A DNA stretch of 64,000 nt. Origin: the human T2T-CHM13v2.0 reference genome, Homo sapiens. Both the position numbers and the translations under genes were made by a program. Numbering within the stretch: position 1 is the first letter of the stretch; each line of letters starts with the position of its first letter. Shown here piece by piece: positions 42,717 to 60,850 of the stretch. The notes under the pieces were generated by a model, which was given only the letters and a program-made list of their open reading frames with translations, was not told the origin of the DNA and searched no databases. The DNA is taken from assembly GCF_009914755.1 (NCBI RefSeq), contig NC_060934.1; one strand, 5' to 3'.

Positions 42717-43945
42717 TTCTAAACCTTTTTAATGTCAGTATTATTGTAATTATGTGACTTAAATATATGCAAACCAATGAAATGAATGCCAAAAAATTAT
42801 TTGATGAAAAGCAATTTGAATTTGCTAGATTTGAATTTAGAAAAAGCTAGATACAACAGCAATCAGGTTTCATTTATTCAAAACGTTATCAAAGTTCAGC
42901 AGGAATTCTCTCAGCTCTGAAGAGGGAAAAAGAGAAATTTTAAGAGATGTCTATGTTTTAAAATCTTAAAACTTTGCATTGGGTGCCATGTTGTTGGGTG
43001 CCATGTAGCAGTGCTTTTACTCTGTATCTGTAATTCTTAACCATTTTTAAGTTATGGACCCCTTTGAAAATTTAATGAATGTTACAGCTCACTTCTCTCC
43101 CTGGAAATACAAATGGAGACATAAAATGCAGTTCTGATGGCTCCTGTACCCTTTTACCCACCTCTGCCTCAAAGCTCATCAACCTATGACTCTACACACC
43201 CCAAGCTGCAAAGCATTTCATCACCTTTATACCCATTTAGAAAACTATGCCTTGTATTAGAACAGCAGAACTAAATTCCATAAGGTCTAATTTCAACTTT
43301 GCTAAGACCTTATTAATGATATCTCAGACTGGCTAATATAATAACATGCACTGATTTATCAGTGATTTTATTCAACTTAAATAAAAGGATGGCAGGTTTC
43401 ATTTCTTTTATTGCGTATAATCCTCCCACATGATTAATTGGTTAGGAATTCCTTACTGTCCTTTGCAAAGCCAGGCTATAACCCACAAACAACATGACTA
43501 ATCAACTAATACATCCTCTAATTCTCAGGGTACAATTTAGGAAAATCAGGCTAGAGTCAGAAAAAGCTCTTGACTTAGAATGGTAGTTGTTCCTTCTCTA
43601 AGATGTAGTGTTCTAATAAGTAGTCCACAAAGTAATCTATCCTAATAAGGTTTTCCTTTCCACACATTAGGAATCACACAAAAGCATGGGTGGGTAAGAA
43701 ATGTCAAATCACTTGTTCAAATATACCCAACACATGGCTTTCCTTTCTAAAATTCCTCCACTCTAAAACCCACCTGATTTACGAGTCATGAAAATTCTAA
43801 TCTGCCACTATTAACCATTTCCACCTCTAAATGATTTTCCCCAGCTGCCTAAACCAAAAACCTGGCAGTCATTCTAGACTCCTCCTTCTCTTTTATTTCC
43901 TACATGCAAGTAATCACCAAGTCCTTCCAGGTGAGCTCCTAATTA

Positions 43946-44578
43946 TTTCTTTTTTTTTTTTTTTTTTTTTTTTTTTGAGACAGAGTCTCGCTGTCACGCA
44001 GGCTGGAGTGCAATGGCACAATCTCGGATCACCGCAACCTCCGCCTTCTGGGTTCAAGCTATTCTCCTGCCTCAGCCCCTCAAGCAGCTGGGATTACAGG
44101 CACCTGTCACCACGCCTGGTTAATTTTTGTAATTTTTTTTTTTTTTTTTGAGTCAGAGTCTCACTCTCTCGCCCAGGCTGGAGTGCAATGATGTGATCTC
44201 GGCTCACTGCAACCTCCAACTCCCGGATTCAAGCAATTCTCCTGCCTCAGCCTCCTGAGTAGCTGGGATTACAGGCGCCTGCTACCACACCCGGCTAATT
44301 TTTGTATTTTTAGTAGAGACGGGGTTTCACCATGTTGGCTAGGTTGGTCTCTTTGGCCAGGTTGGTCTCCAACTCCTGACCTTGTGATCCATCCACCTTG
44401 GCCTCCCAAAGTGCTGGGATTACAGGTGTAAACCACCATGCCTAGCCTAATTTTGTATTTTTAGTAGAGATGGGGTTTCACCATGTTGGCCAAGCTGGTC
44501 TCAAATTCCTGACCTCAAGTGTTCCACCCACCACAGCCTCCCAAAGTGCTGGGATTACAGGCGTGAGCCACCGTGCCC
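43946..44578 (-). mobile_element. Nested Alus: full Alu (~44132-44447) inserted in the linker of another Alu
   Basis: Right arm, complete Alu, left arm in that order. Confidence 0.85.
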
Positions 44579-44968
44579 CTGATTGTTGCTTAAATCTGTC
44601 CCTTCCTTTTAATCACTTTAGGTTCTCCCACGTTAACTGGTTTCCCGAGTTTGGTTCCTGACAAAGATATCCTAGAGTAATCATTCTAAAACAAAAATGT
44701 GATCACTTCACTCACCAACTTAAAAAAGCCTTACAATAGCTATGTTTCTCAGCTTAAAAATCCTTCAATGTTCCTCACTTGAGAAAGCTGAAGACACAGA
44801 ATGCTAGAATACTCTTGGTGATCTGGTGGCACTTATCTACTTCTCCAGCCTCATCTCTCTCTTGCCTAACCCCTACCCTAAATCTCTTGCTCTCTCAGCA
44901 CACCATGTTGTTTCTTGCCTGTACACAACCTAGTCCCTCTGCTGAAAAAAAAACAACAACAACAACCC

Positions 44969-45273
<305 letters not shown>

Positions 45274-45337
45274 TTAAAAATATATATATTTTATATATTT
45301 AATAATTTACATATTATATATAAATTTAAAAAAATGA

Positions 45338-45655
<318 letters not shown>

Positions 45656-45772
45656 TCCTACCCCATTTTCTGATCTGCCTGTCAAACTCTGCCCACTCAC
45701 CTCTAAATAAAGTATTATGATGCCCAACGATGTTCATGACAGCATCATGTTCAATATTCGAAAACTGAAAAC

Positions 45773-46518
<746 letters not shown>

Positions 46519-47966
46519 TTATCTGTGTTTTTTCCCTCTCAAGTTTTAAATAGTTAACAGGTATTACTTTCAAAATCGGAAAAACTCCGAAAATATCTTA
46601 AACTATTGAAGACTTTCCTAGAGGCTTCCCAACCACACACAAATTTAATCATTCCTTTGTCTGATTCAAGTACAAACTCTTCTTTGTTGCACACAACACA
46701 CTCTTGTTTTAGACCTTATCATTCTATATTTTAATACATGTTTGTCAAGGAGTTGTCCTAAAACGGGAAATGTATGGTTCAACTTTAATTCCTATCAGCC
46801 TTACACCTGGTAGAAACCAGCTAAACGTTTTAATTACTCACACTGGTAGCTACATGTAAATGACCAATAAATGCCTAATCAGTCATTTGTAAATGTAGAT
46901 CATAAACACACTCAAAAAATATTTACCATGTGCCCAAAATATCCCTGGTACTATCACAGCCCCTGGAGACACTTCAGTGAAAAGGTCCTTGCCCTTGTGG
47001 AGCCTACATTCTACTGTGGAAGAACAAAACAAAATAAACCAGCTCATTACAGAGAGTGATGAATACTGTAAGACAATGTAGCATAAGAGGAATTAGGGAA
47101 GATGTGGGGAAAGAACAGAACATCAAAGGCATATTGAGGGAGGGGCAAGAGAGAGGGCTGACCTGGGCAGAGTGGGGGCTCAGGGAGGAGACCTGCAGGA
47201 GGGGCCAGGAGCTGGGAGAAGGGGCCTGTGGGGGTGGGGGCCTGGAAGGAGGGGAAGGGATGGAGGGAACAGGGAGGGGGGAGCGAACCCAGATGTCCGC
47301 CCCCTCCCCCTTCAGAACTGCAGCGCCTCCTGACTGAGCCCCAATTTTGTCAAAATCTGTATATGGTATATGCACAGAAAGGAAGCATAAATAATACTTT
47401 GTTCATCTGAAAAGCAAGGTTGTTGCACAGTATGGGCACTTTGTCCTATTTTTATAAAATGAAAACTAATAGGCCCCTCCTCTAGAGTGCTGTGTGTTTG
47501 TGAGATTCCAAAACAAAAGGTCAGGGAGACTGCACTCCCCTCTTGGTTACCTCTGTGGTCTGAGGTAGGGAGAGCGGAGGAGAGTTCTTACTACCAGTTA
47601 GGTAATATTCTCTGAGTCTCAAATAGGATAATAATCCCTAATTCACAAGAACGTGTAAGGATTACATAAAATTATTTATGTGGAAAGTATGATGCCAGTG
47701 CTGGCATTCTGGTCCCCTATATTTGTGTTAGTAGTATCTATTTAGAGGAGGACATCAAAATAATACAACACCCAAAAGCTGGAGCACATGGATTATGATT
47801 TTGAACACAGGTGCCAAAAGAAACTTAACAATGTAAATCCCATCCCTTTGATCAGGGAATTCCTTAATAGCTATATGGGTAACAAAAATACTACCTAATG
47901 CCAACCTTCTTAACTGTTTATCTGACCTCAGGATTCTACTACTGGTTACAACATCTTTATTTACTT

Positions 47967-48570
47967 ATTTTATTTTTTTCTTTTTTTTTTTTTGAGACGG
48001 AGTCTCCCTGTCGCCCAGGCTGGAGTGCAGTGGCGCGATCTCGGCTCACTGCAGGCTCCGCCCCCCGGGGTTCACGCCATTCTCCTGCCTCAGCCTCCCG
48101 AGTAGCTGGGACTACAGGTGCCCGCTACCTCGCCCGGCTAATTTTTTGTATTTTTAGTAGAGACGGGGTTTCACTGTGTTAGCCAGGATGGTCTCGATCT
48201 CCTGACCTCGTGATCCACCCGCCTTGGCCTCCCAAAGTGCTGGGATTACAGGCGTGAGCCACCGCGCCCGGCCTATTTTTTTCTTTTTTGAGATGAAATC
48301 TCACTCTGTCGCCCAGGCTGGATACAGTGGGGCAATCTTAGCTCACTGCAACCTCCACCTCCCGGATTCAAGCTATTCTCCTGCCTTAGCCTCTGAGTAG
48401 CTGGGACTACAGACGTGCACCACCACACCTGGCTAATTTTTTGTATTTTTAGTAGAGACAGGCTCTCACCATGTTTGCCAGCCTGGTCTCAAACTCCTGA
48501 CCTCAGGTGATCTGCCCATCTTGGCCTCCCAAAGTGCTGAGATTACATGCGTGAGCCACTGCACCCAGCC
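47967..48570 (-). mobile_element. Young AluY (AluYe5/Yf5-like, 47967-48274) inserted into the tail of an AluS (48275-48570)
   Basis: CpG-rich; gcaggctccgccccccggggttcacgccatt and ctacctcgcccggc variants. Confidence 0.85.
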
Positions 48571-49042
48571 TATAATTGCTTTAAATAATGATGTGGCAAA
48601 GAGTTGAACAGTCTACCCACAAAATCAAATGCAAACACAGAAACAGATTTATAACAAATGATCCAAACATTATCTCTCAGCCTTTCCTCCATAAACTCAT
48701 AAACTTTACTGGTTTTCACTATTTTTAATTCTCTGCTTATCTAGGTTATATTTCTCTGGTCCAAAAAAGGAAAATAAATTTTCCATTCCAGATTGCAAAA
48801 GAGAGGTGCTTCTAGATACATTTACCTCTCGTCTCCTTTAGTTGCTGCTTATCTGAAACCTAAGAACTACGACTCCTGGAGTTTGAGTAGGGGGTTCGAT
48901 TGTCAGATCACTAAGATGTTTCCTCTGAAATATTCCCTCCCATCCTTAATCAGCCCTCAAAAACCCTACCGCATCTTTAAGGTAGAAAATTATTTGCCTT
49001 TTATATCTCTGCTTTCTAATCTCACATGCCTGGAATTAATGA

Positions 49043-49715
<673 letters not shown>

Positions 49716-50145
49716 CTTCTCCTTAATATTTCTAAGTGTTATTGTCAAAATTATCCTGACTCTCATTCTAGTCAGTTCTATTGTTAATAACTCGACATGA
49801 CAAGTCAGAAACAAACCAAATCACCATTAACAAGATAAATTAACTCCAAAAGAATGAGTTGATCAATGATGAAGCGATAAAGAAAAATCTAACTCTTAAG
49901 ATATAAGCTAGTGTTCCCATTTATTGGCTGTCATAAACCTTTTATGTCAAAGCAAGAACTCTGCTTACTTCTTGGCATACCAAATCTACACATATGAAGT
50001 CACAGGCCAGAACTATGGGGTGTCCATAAAGTCTGGGAAACATATATTTTATATTTTTACAAATTGAAGATGTCCTTTATAATATTATGTACATACACCT
50101 GTGTTTCCATATTCTACAGATATCTTGTATAGAAATACTAGAACG

Positions 50146-50475
<330 letters not shown>

Positions 50476-51977
50476 TTAAATATACCACATGTAAAGATAA
50501 AGGACAAAATTATAACTTGGTTTAAATGTTCATTCATTCATTTAATGAATACCTACTAAGTGTCAGGCACTTCCAGGCACTGATTTATTTCATGGCATTG
50601 ACCATTTAATTAGTTGCACTGAGTTACTGCAGACAGGGAGTTACTTGTTTTTGATCTTGACCTTGAAATGAGTTTGAATGCTTGAGGAATAAAGCTATTT
50701 GGCCACACAATAGTCCTATGCATACATAATCAGTACACAATGTTTCCTTCCCTTTGTGTGTATTAATTCTATGATCACTTCAAATAATATAAAGGCTGTT
50801 TTGTGCCCATTTCTGTTTCTCTCCTCTGAGGCCTGCCAACAAGCATTTATATAATAATATTTATTATTTCTGAGAATTATATAATAGTGCTTCTTAGGAG
50901 AGAAAAGTAGGCTTTATTCCAAGATGCTAAGTTACTGTAGTACTTTAATTCACTAGTACTTTCCTATTTCAAGTTCACAAAATGCAAATATTGGAATGGT
51001 TTCACATTAAGAAGTTTAAATGCCCAGCACCACAAAGAACACTAAAGGGTGTGAAAACTAAATGTAGCAGAACTGAAGTATAATAGGTGAAATGCAGCAT
51101 TTGAACCCTCACAGGAGCAGCTACCCACAAGGTATAAGGACCAGCTGTAGAAAATTCCTTGTGAAGCTGGTTTCTACTGCAAGTACAGCAACCTTCCCAG
51201 GAAAGCCTCCTATAAGTTATGGCTATATTACCTCAACTCTCAAGATCAAAACTTGAGGCTCCATCCTGAATTCTAACTCTGACAACCACACTGGCCCCTA
51301 AAGAGGGTCAGGCATGGCCTACAGGGAAATGGTGGTAAGGAGATTCAAATTAGACCTTTGATATCTCCAGAACCAACAAAATCAACCCAACCCTTATAGC
51401 AGTCAGAAAATTAAGAGTTTAAGCATTTCTCCCATCACCAATTAAAATGTTCATGGATCCAGGAAAACCCTTACACTTACATTGGTGAGTCAGCCATAAG
51501 CACAAGCAGATAGTCACACATCTCCACCATTAGTGTGACATGTCTATATATACTCCCTAGTCTTCGGACCACCATGACTAGCTTTCTAGAATAGGCAGTC
51601 ACCCTAATATACAAAGTGCCTTTTGATGTTCTTCCATGCCTCCTTCTAGCCCCCTCCACTACATGCCATCAGCTAGTGTTTAACTTTGGACTACTGAATA
51701 TCAACAATATTTCCTCTTTTAAACTCTAATTCTGACTACAATTACAGAAGTTAGGCAAACATCCAAAAGCCACAACAGTATTCCTCTAACAGTATATAAT
51801 TTTCAGAACACTTTGTACACATTCTCTCACAAACCAAACCCTGAAGCTAGGCTCCCTCTCCCCTCCCACCTCCTCCTTTTCCCTTCTGTCCACTCTCTCT
51901 CTCCCACTCCATCCCTCCATTTTCGCAGACTGAGAAAAAGAATCACTGGATAAGTGACTTGACCTCATCACTAGTGA

Positions 51978-52733
<756 letters not shown>

Positions 52734-52824
52734 GCAACAAAGCATAATCTTTTGATACCTGCAGATCAAAACACTATAAAAAATCAACTTAGCAATGAAA
52801 ACCAGTTCCAACTGGATGGCATTA

Positions 52825-55873
<3,049 letters not shown>

Positions 55874-55899
55874 CTATGGTCACCATTACAGTAAGAATA

Positions 55900-56220
55900 A
55901 TCATAACCCTACGTTTATGGGATACTTTACTATGGGCCAGGCACTGTGCTACGCACTTTATATTTAGTTTCACATTTTAACTCATACAAGGCCAAAAACT
56001 AATATTATTCCCATTTTACAGGTGAAGAAATTGAGAACCAGCACGTTTATATAATTTGTTTATGATTACAAAGCCAATAACTTGCAAAGTGGAGACTTAA
56101 ATCCAGGCAATCTGCTGTCAAAGCTTGCTTATGACAGAAATTATCAACCTGAACCTGGGTACGTCACCTCACATGTTGGGACTTTGATTTTATCCTCTGT
56201 AAAATGAGCATAGTAGTCTA
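55900..56220. mobile_element. MIR fragments
   Basis: gccaggcactgtgct...cccattttacaggtgaagaaattgag; tcctctgtaaaatgag. Confidence 0.7.
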
Positions 56221-56318
56221 GAATAGGTGCTCTCAAAAGTCCCTCCTAAACTTTTCTTGACAGCAATGCTATTTAAACCCAAATTTACAACATAAAGAAA
56301 ATAGCTCTAGTCCTTTTA

Positions 56319-56406
56319 TTAAATTGATGCATAAGTAATTTGTGGGTTTTGCCATTACTTTTTTGCCATAATGGTAAAACCCACAATTACTTATGCACCA
56401 AACTAA
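56319..56406. mobile_element. MADE1-type Tc1/mariner MITE (palindromic)
   Basis: Arms tgcataagtaatttgtgggttttgccatta / taatggtaaaacccacaattacttatgca; TA flanks at 56317 and 56407. Confidence 0.85.
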
Positions 56407-56830
56407 TACATATCTAGGCTTCCTTGACTTGTAGAAATATAGAAAGATTCACACATATAATTCCCCCCAGTGGAGTGCCTCTCTGTTCTTGAGCTCTGTT
56501 GCTGAGAGGTACATCACCAAGATGCATTAGCCTAATAGAAAACTTCACTAAGTCCCTCTGAATGGAGTCCAAAGAGAATCTTACTTAAAATGAATTCTAC
56601 CTGACAGCACCTGCACTACATGGACGTTAAGGACACATACAACAAAATTAGCTAGAACTGTAGGACCTGAGTTCAGTCACTCTACCTCTCAGGATCTCAG
56701 TCTCCCTATTTATAGAAATGAAGTGACTTTTAGATAAAAGTAATCCCTAAGAAAGCAGCCACCAAAACCCAGAGAAACCAATAAACTTTATTAGAATAAA
56801 GAAGTATTATAGTTTGTAAAACAACATTCA

Positions 56831-57203
<373 letters not shown>

Positions 57204-59725
57204 CTATTGTGTTGGCAGAAACTGGCAAAAAAGAAGCAGTGCAGGGTAGAATGGGTTTCTTTAAAAGTTTTAACATACATTAGAGTAGATCACTGCAGAA
57301 AGACTCTTTTATTAATAGCTCAAAAATCTGTTAAATAAAAAATAAAGTTGCTATTCTATAAAATAAACTCTGATTTAAATAAAATCACATTTGCCAGAAT
57401 AAATATTTTGAAAAAATCATCGAAACCACTTAAGATATTTTCTTCCTTTTTTAGAAAAATTATTTCAATAAATGCACATACACAAAATTCTGCACACAAG
57501 ACTCAGGTGTTCTTTGTTTCTAACACAAACTTGGTACGGTTATCAACAGAAATCAAGTCTAATATCCCAGCCAAAGCACAACCAACTTCCTCCTCTGATC
57601 CTAAAATTGCTCCAAAACCCTAAGCTCTGTTTTATGAAAAAGAAATGAGACATAATGTATATGTAATTCTTCCCAAGGCCAAATAAATAATGCTCAATTT
57701 TCAATCAAATCTGTCCTCCTACAAATCTTTTGGCCATTTTTGCCTATCCAATAGCATCACCAGGGATGGAAAGATGAGACTATACTGAATCCAGTCCATT
57801 TGGCTCTTATTAGCATCATTGGTGAATGGTTTGCTGTGTAACAACTGGCAATCCCTATACTCCTCGTCAATATCAGGTTTGACGAAACTATGTGGATTTA
57901 ATCTCTCCCTAATCCCCATGCCAGGAGATAATTCACCAATAGCTAGTTGTATTCAGAGTCAACTCCCAGAAAAAGATAACAAGATCTGTCTATATTATCA
58001 GCTCCCAAAACTCCCTATAAGATTTTAGGTTATCCTCTAAGACTGAACTCAGGTACGGAGCATGAGAATAAAGAGAGGGAATGTTAGAAAAAGAGGGCCT
58101 TTCCTACCAAATGCAGCCTCCCTGCTCTACCCCCTCCAAAAATAAGCACATAAATTCCAGAAAGCAAATTCCTCCTTTTCTCTATGAAATGAATCCCACC
58201 TTGCAACATCTCATTTTATTAAAATAAACAAACTTTAGAATGGGAAAAAAATATAACTTAATATTGAAATCGTCCATTCCTGAAGGATCCTTGTGAAAAT
58301 TCCTTGTGAAGATCCTCTCTCATCAAAGTTAAAAATCATTACTCTAGCCTAGAGAGTCATGTCCTTCTCAATAACCTCATCTCTTCCTTCATGAATGGGA
58401 GCCACTCCAAACATCTGTAATGTAAAGAGATGAAGACTGCATCTGCACCTGACACTATACCTCTCTCAAACTGTCAGCTCTACCAAGCACTCCTCAAAGG
58501 ATTTCTGCTTCATTTCCTTGACCATCCAAATTGGGTCTTGTTGGAGGCCTTCCCCTCTCCCCTTTTTCTTTAACTGAGCCTAGAAGCTTACAGCCAAATC
58601 AACTTCTAAGTGAAGGATAAGTGTTTGCCTGGGAGCAAAAGCCGCCTGTGAACACACACCCGCACTACGCCTTTCCAACCCAAGATGCCCAGGACACTGC
58701 CAATTGCTATGGCTGTGGACTAGATCAGAAAGCAAGAACAGAAATAAGGACACTCTTCATTTCAACCTTTTTGTCTGGGGCACATCCTGAGTTTTTCATT
58801 GGCATTTAACACCAAGACACAGGACTCATTTTTCATTAAAGTTGCAAGACTTTCACTTTGCCCAGTTTCAAATGATGTAATTGATCTGTATTTTCTTAAC
58901 CCAACTGATGAAGGACACTGCAGCTTTAAATATTTCAGTGCTAGCTAGCAAATAGACTCCATTGCAATATGGCTCTGAAGGTCACGTCCTATTGTCTCTT
59001 ACCTCCGAAAAAAAAAAAAAAATCCTTCTTCTAGGTAACATGGAGAGGGTTGCCCTTAGAATTTCCACTCTTCCACCTCCTTCCCTTACACAGTAGTGAG
59101 TGTTTATTAGGATCTCACACTCATAATTTTCCCAGCAGGGGCAATATGCTGATTGTTATTAATGATTCTAGCACCTTAGCGAGACATAAACACATGTGTT
59201 CACATTAGTTTAACTGAGCATACGCAACCGTCTGAAATAGCACCACTCAAGGGTTGTTAACCTCTTTAAGAGTAAAGTCAGGGTGGTTTGGGTGTGGACC
59301 GCTTGCAGGCGGCACCCTGAGCTCAGGATTGCATAACCTGAAATGTGTAGCTACTCAAAATGATAGGAATCTCAGCCTACTCATCCTGGGACTATGCCGG
59401 CACCTTGCCACACACTTGCAGCTTTACTTGTCAAAGGAAGTCAAAATAAGAGGTACAAACACCATGAAGGAGAAAATAAACTAAAAGAAAAAGGCTTCTT
59501 CTACCCTGAAGGGACGAATACGATTCCTCCAGTAATCACAATGTTCTCCCAACCTCATCCTCTGATAATGGAACAGCCCTAAAGAACTGGAGGCTTCGGA
59601 AGGGGAAAGAGGAGCTGGACATTGCTGCCCTTTTTAAATATAAGCGGGTGGATGATTAAAAGTCAGAGAAGTGGCAAAAGGAGCGGGGCAGAGGGAAGGA
59701 GTGTGTAGGTGCAGCAGAGTATTAC

Positions 59726-60730
59726 CTGAAATGGCAACAGATTGTTACCATTATCGGTCCGGAAAGCGTTATCCTCCATCCAGGACTTGGAAGTGAGAGG
59801 GGCCGCGCGAGGGAACTTGGGCGGCGCGATCACGTTGCTGGAGAAGGGCTTTTTGAGCGGCGAGATGGGGTTGAGCGGGGAAGGCACCCCGACACCCACA
59901 CCCACGCCCACACCGACCGCCCGGCGAGGGTCCCGGCCCGCCTGCAGGCCGCCCCAGGGGTTGGACGGTGCGCTCCAGGCTGCATTCACGCTTTGGTGCG
60001 TGTTCCAGCTGGACGAGGCCGACGAGGCGGCGGCTGCGGCAGCAGCGGCTGCAACCGCCGAAGACGAGGACGGCTTGCTGGTCATGATGGGCTGGTGGCC
60101 GTACGCCGCGGCGGCGCTCCTCTGCGCGTAGGGCGCCTGGCTGGGGCTGGCGGGTGAGCGGCGCTGCTGCGGGGGCTGCGCCTGTGGTGGCTGCGCTGGC
60201 TGTGCCGGCTGCGGCGCGGGCGCAGGCGGCGGCGGCTGCTGGTGGTGCTGGGTCTGCGCCAGGCCGATCTGCGGGGAGAAAGTGCCTCCGAAGACTGGGT
60301 TGACATGGTGCGGGAAGTTCTGGAAGAGCATGGTCCCGTTGACTGGGGTGATCCCCTGGAAGAAGCTGTCCTCTACCGCGTTGGTGGTGCCCGTGGACCA
60401 GGTGCTGCCGAAGGACGGCGACAGCGACGCGCCCGGTGCCGCGGGCTCCTGAGGCGGCGGCGGCTGCTGAGGGGGCTGATGGAAACTCAAGCCTGGCAGG
60501 AGCGGTGATTCCATCTGCATCTTGTCCGGGCCGTTGGGGGCCGGGGGGGCAGCGGCTGGGCTGAGGGCCGGCACTGCGCTGTTTTCCTCCGGCTTGGGGG
60601 TCTCTGAGGAGAGGGGCGTGGACGGGGCTTCGGATACGCTGGACTCAGGTTGGGGCTGCTGCTGCTGCCGCTGCTGCTGCTGGGGCTGGGGCTGGGTTTT
60701 GCTTTTGTCCATCAGTAAATCATCCTGCAT
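59726..60730 (-). CDS. CPEB3: CPEB3 first coding exon (exon 2), codons 1-335; Q/P/A-rich low-complexity (prion-like) N-terminal region
   Basis: Translation MQDDLLMDKSKTQPQPQQQQ...SWMEDNAFRTDNGNNLLPFQ recognised as CPEB3. Acceptor tctctcttttttcccgtttcAG|CTGCGCAAACC-ATG (exon starts 60741, 11 nt of 5'UTR). Donor CAG|GTAATA after 59726. 1005 coding nt, phase 0. Confidence 0.97.
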
Positions 60731-60850
60731 GGTTTGCGCAGCTGAAACGGGAAAAAAGAGAGACGCGTTATTGTCAATGTGATCATGAATGTCCCTCGCT
60801 GAAGCGGGCGGGTGTTTCACTTGCGAAAATCCATCGCCACCGCTACTAGC
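59740..60850. promoter_or_regulatory. CpG island over CPEB3 exon 2
   Basis: Very high GC and CpG density against the AT-rich, CpG-poor introns. Confidence 0.75.

Noticed and set aside
59663-59725. C-terminal part (VILCCTYT...) of the 405-aa ORF
   Set aside because: Read-through beyond the exon 2 donor CAG|GTAATA into intron 2
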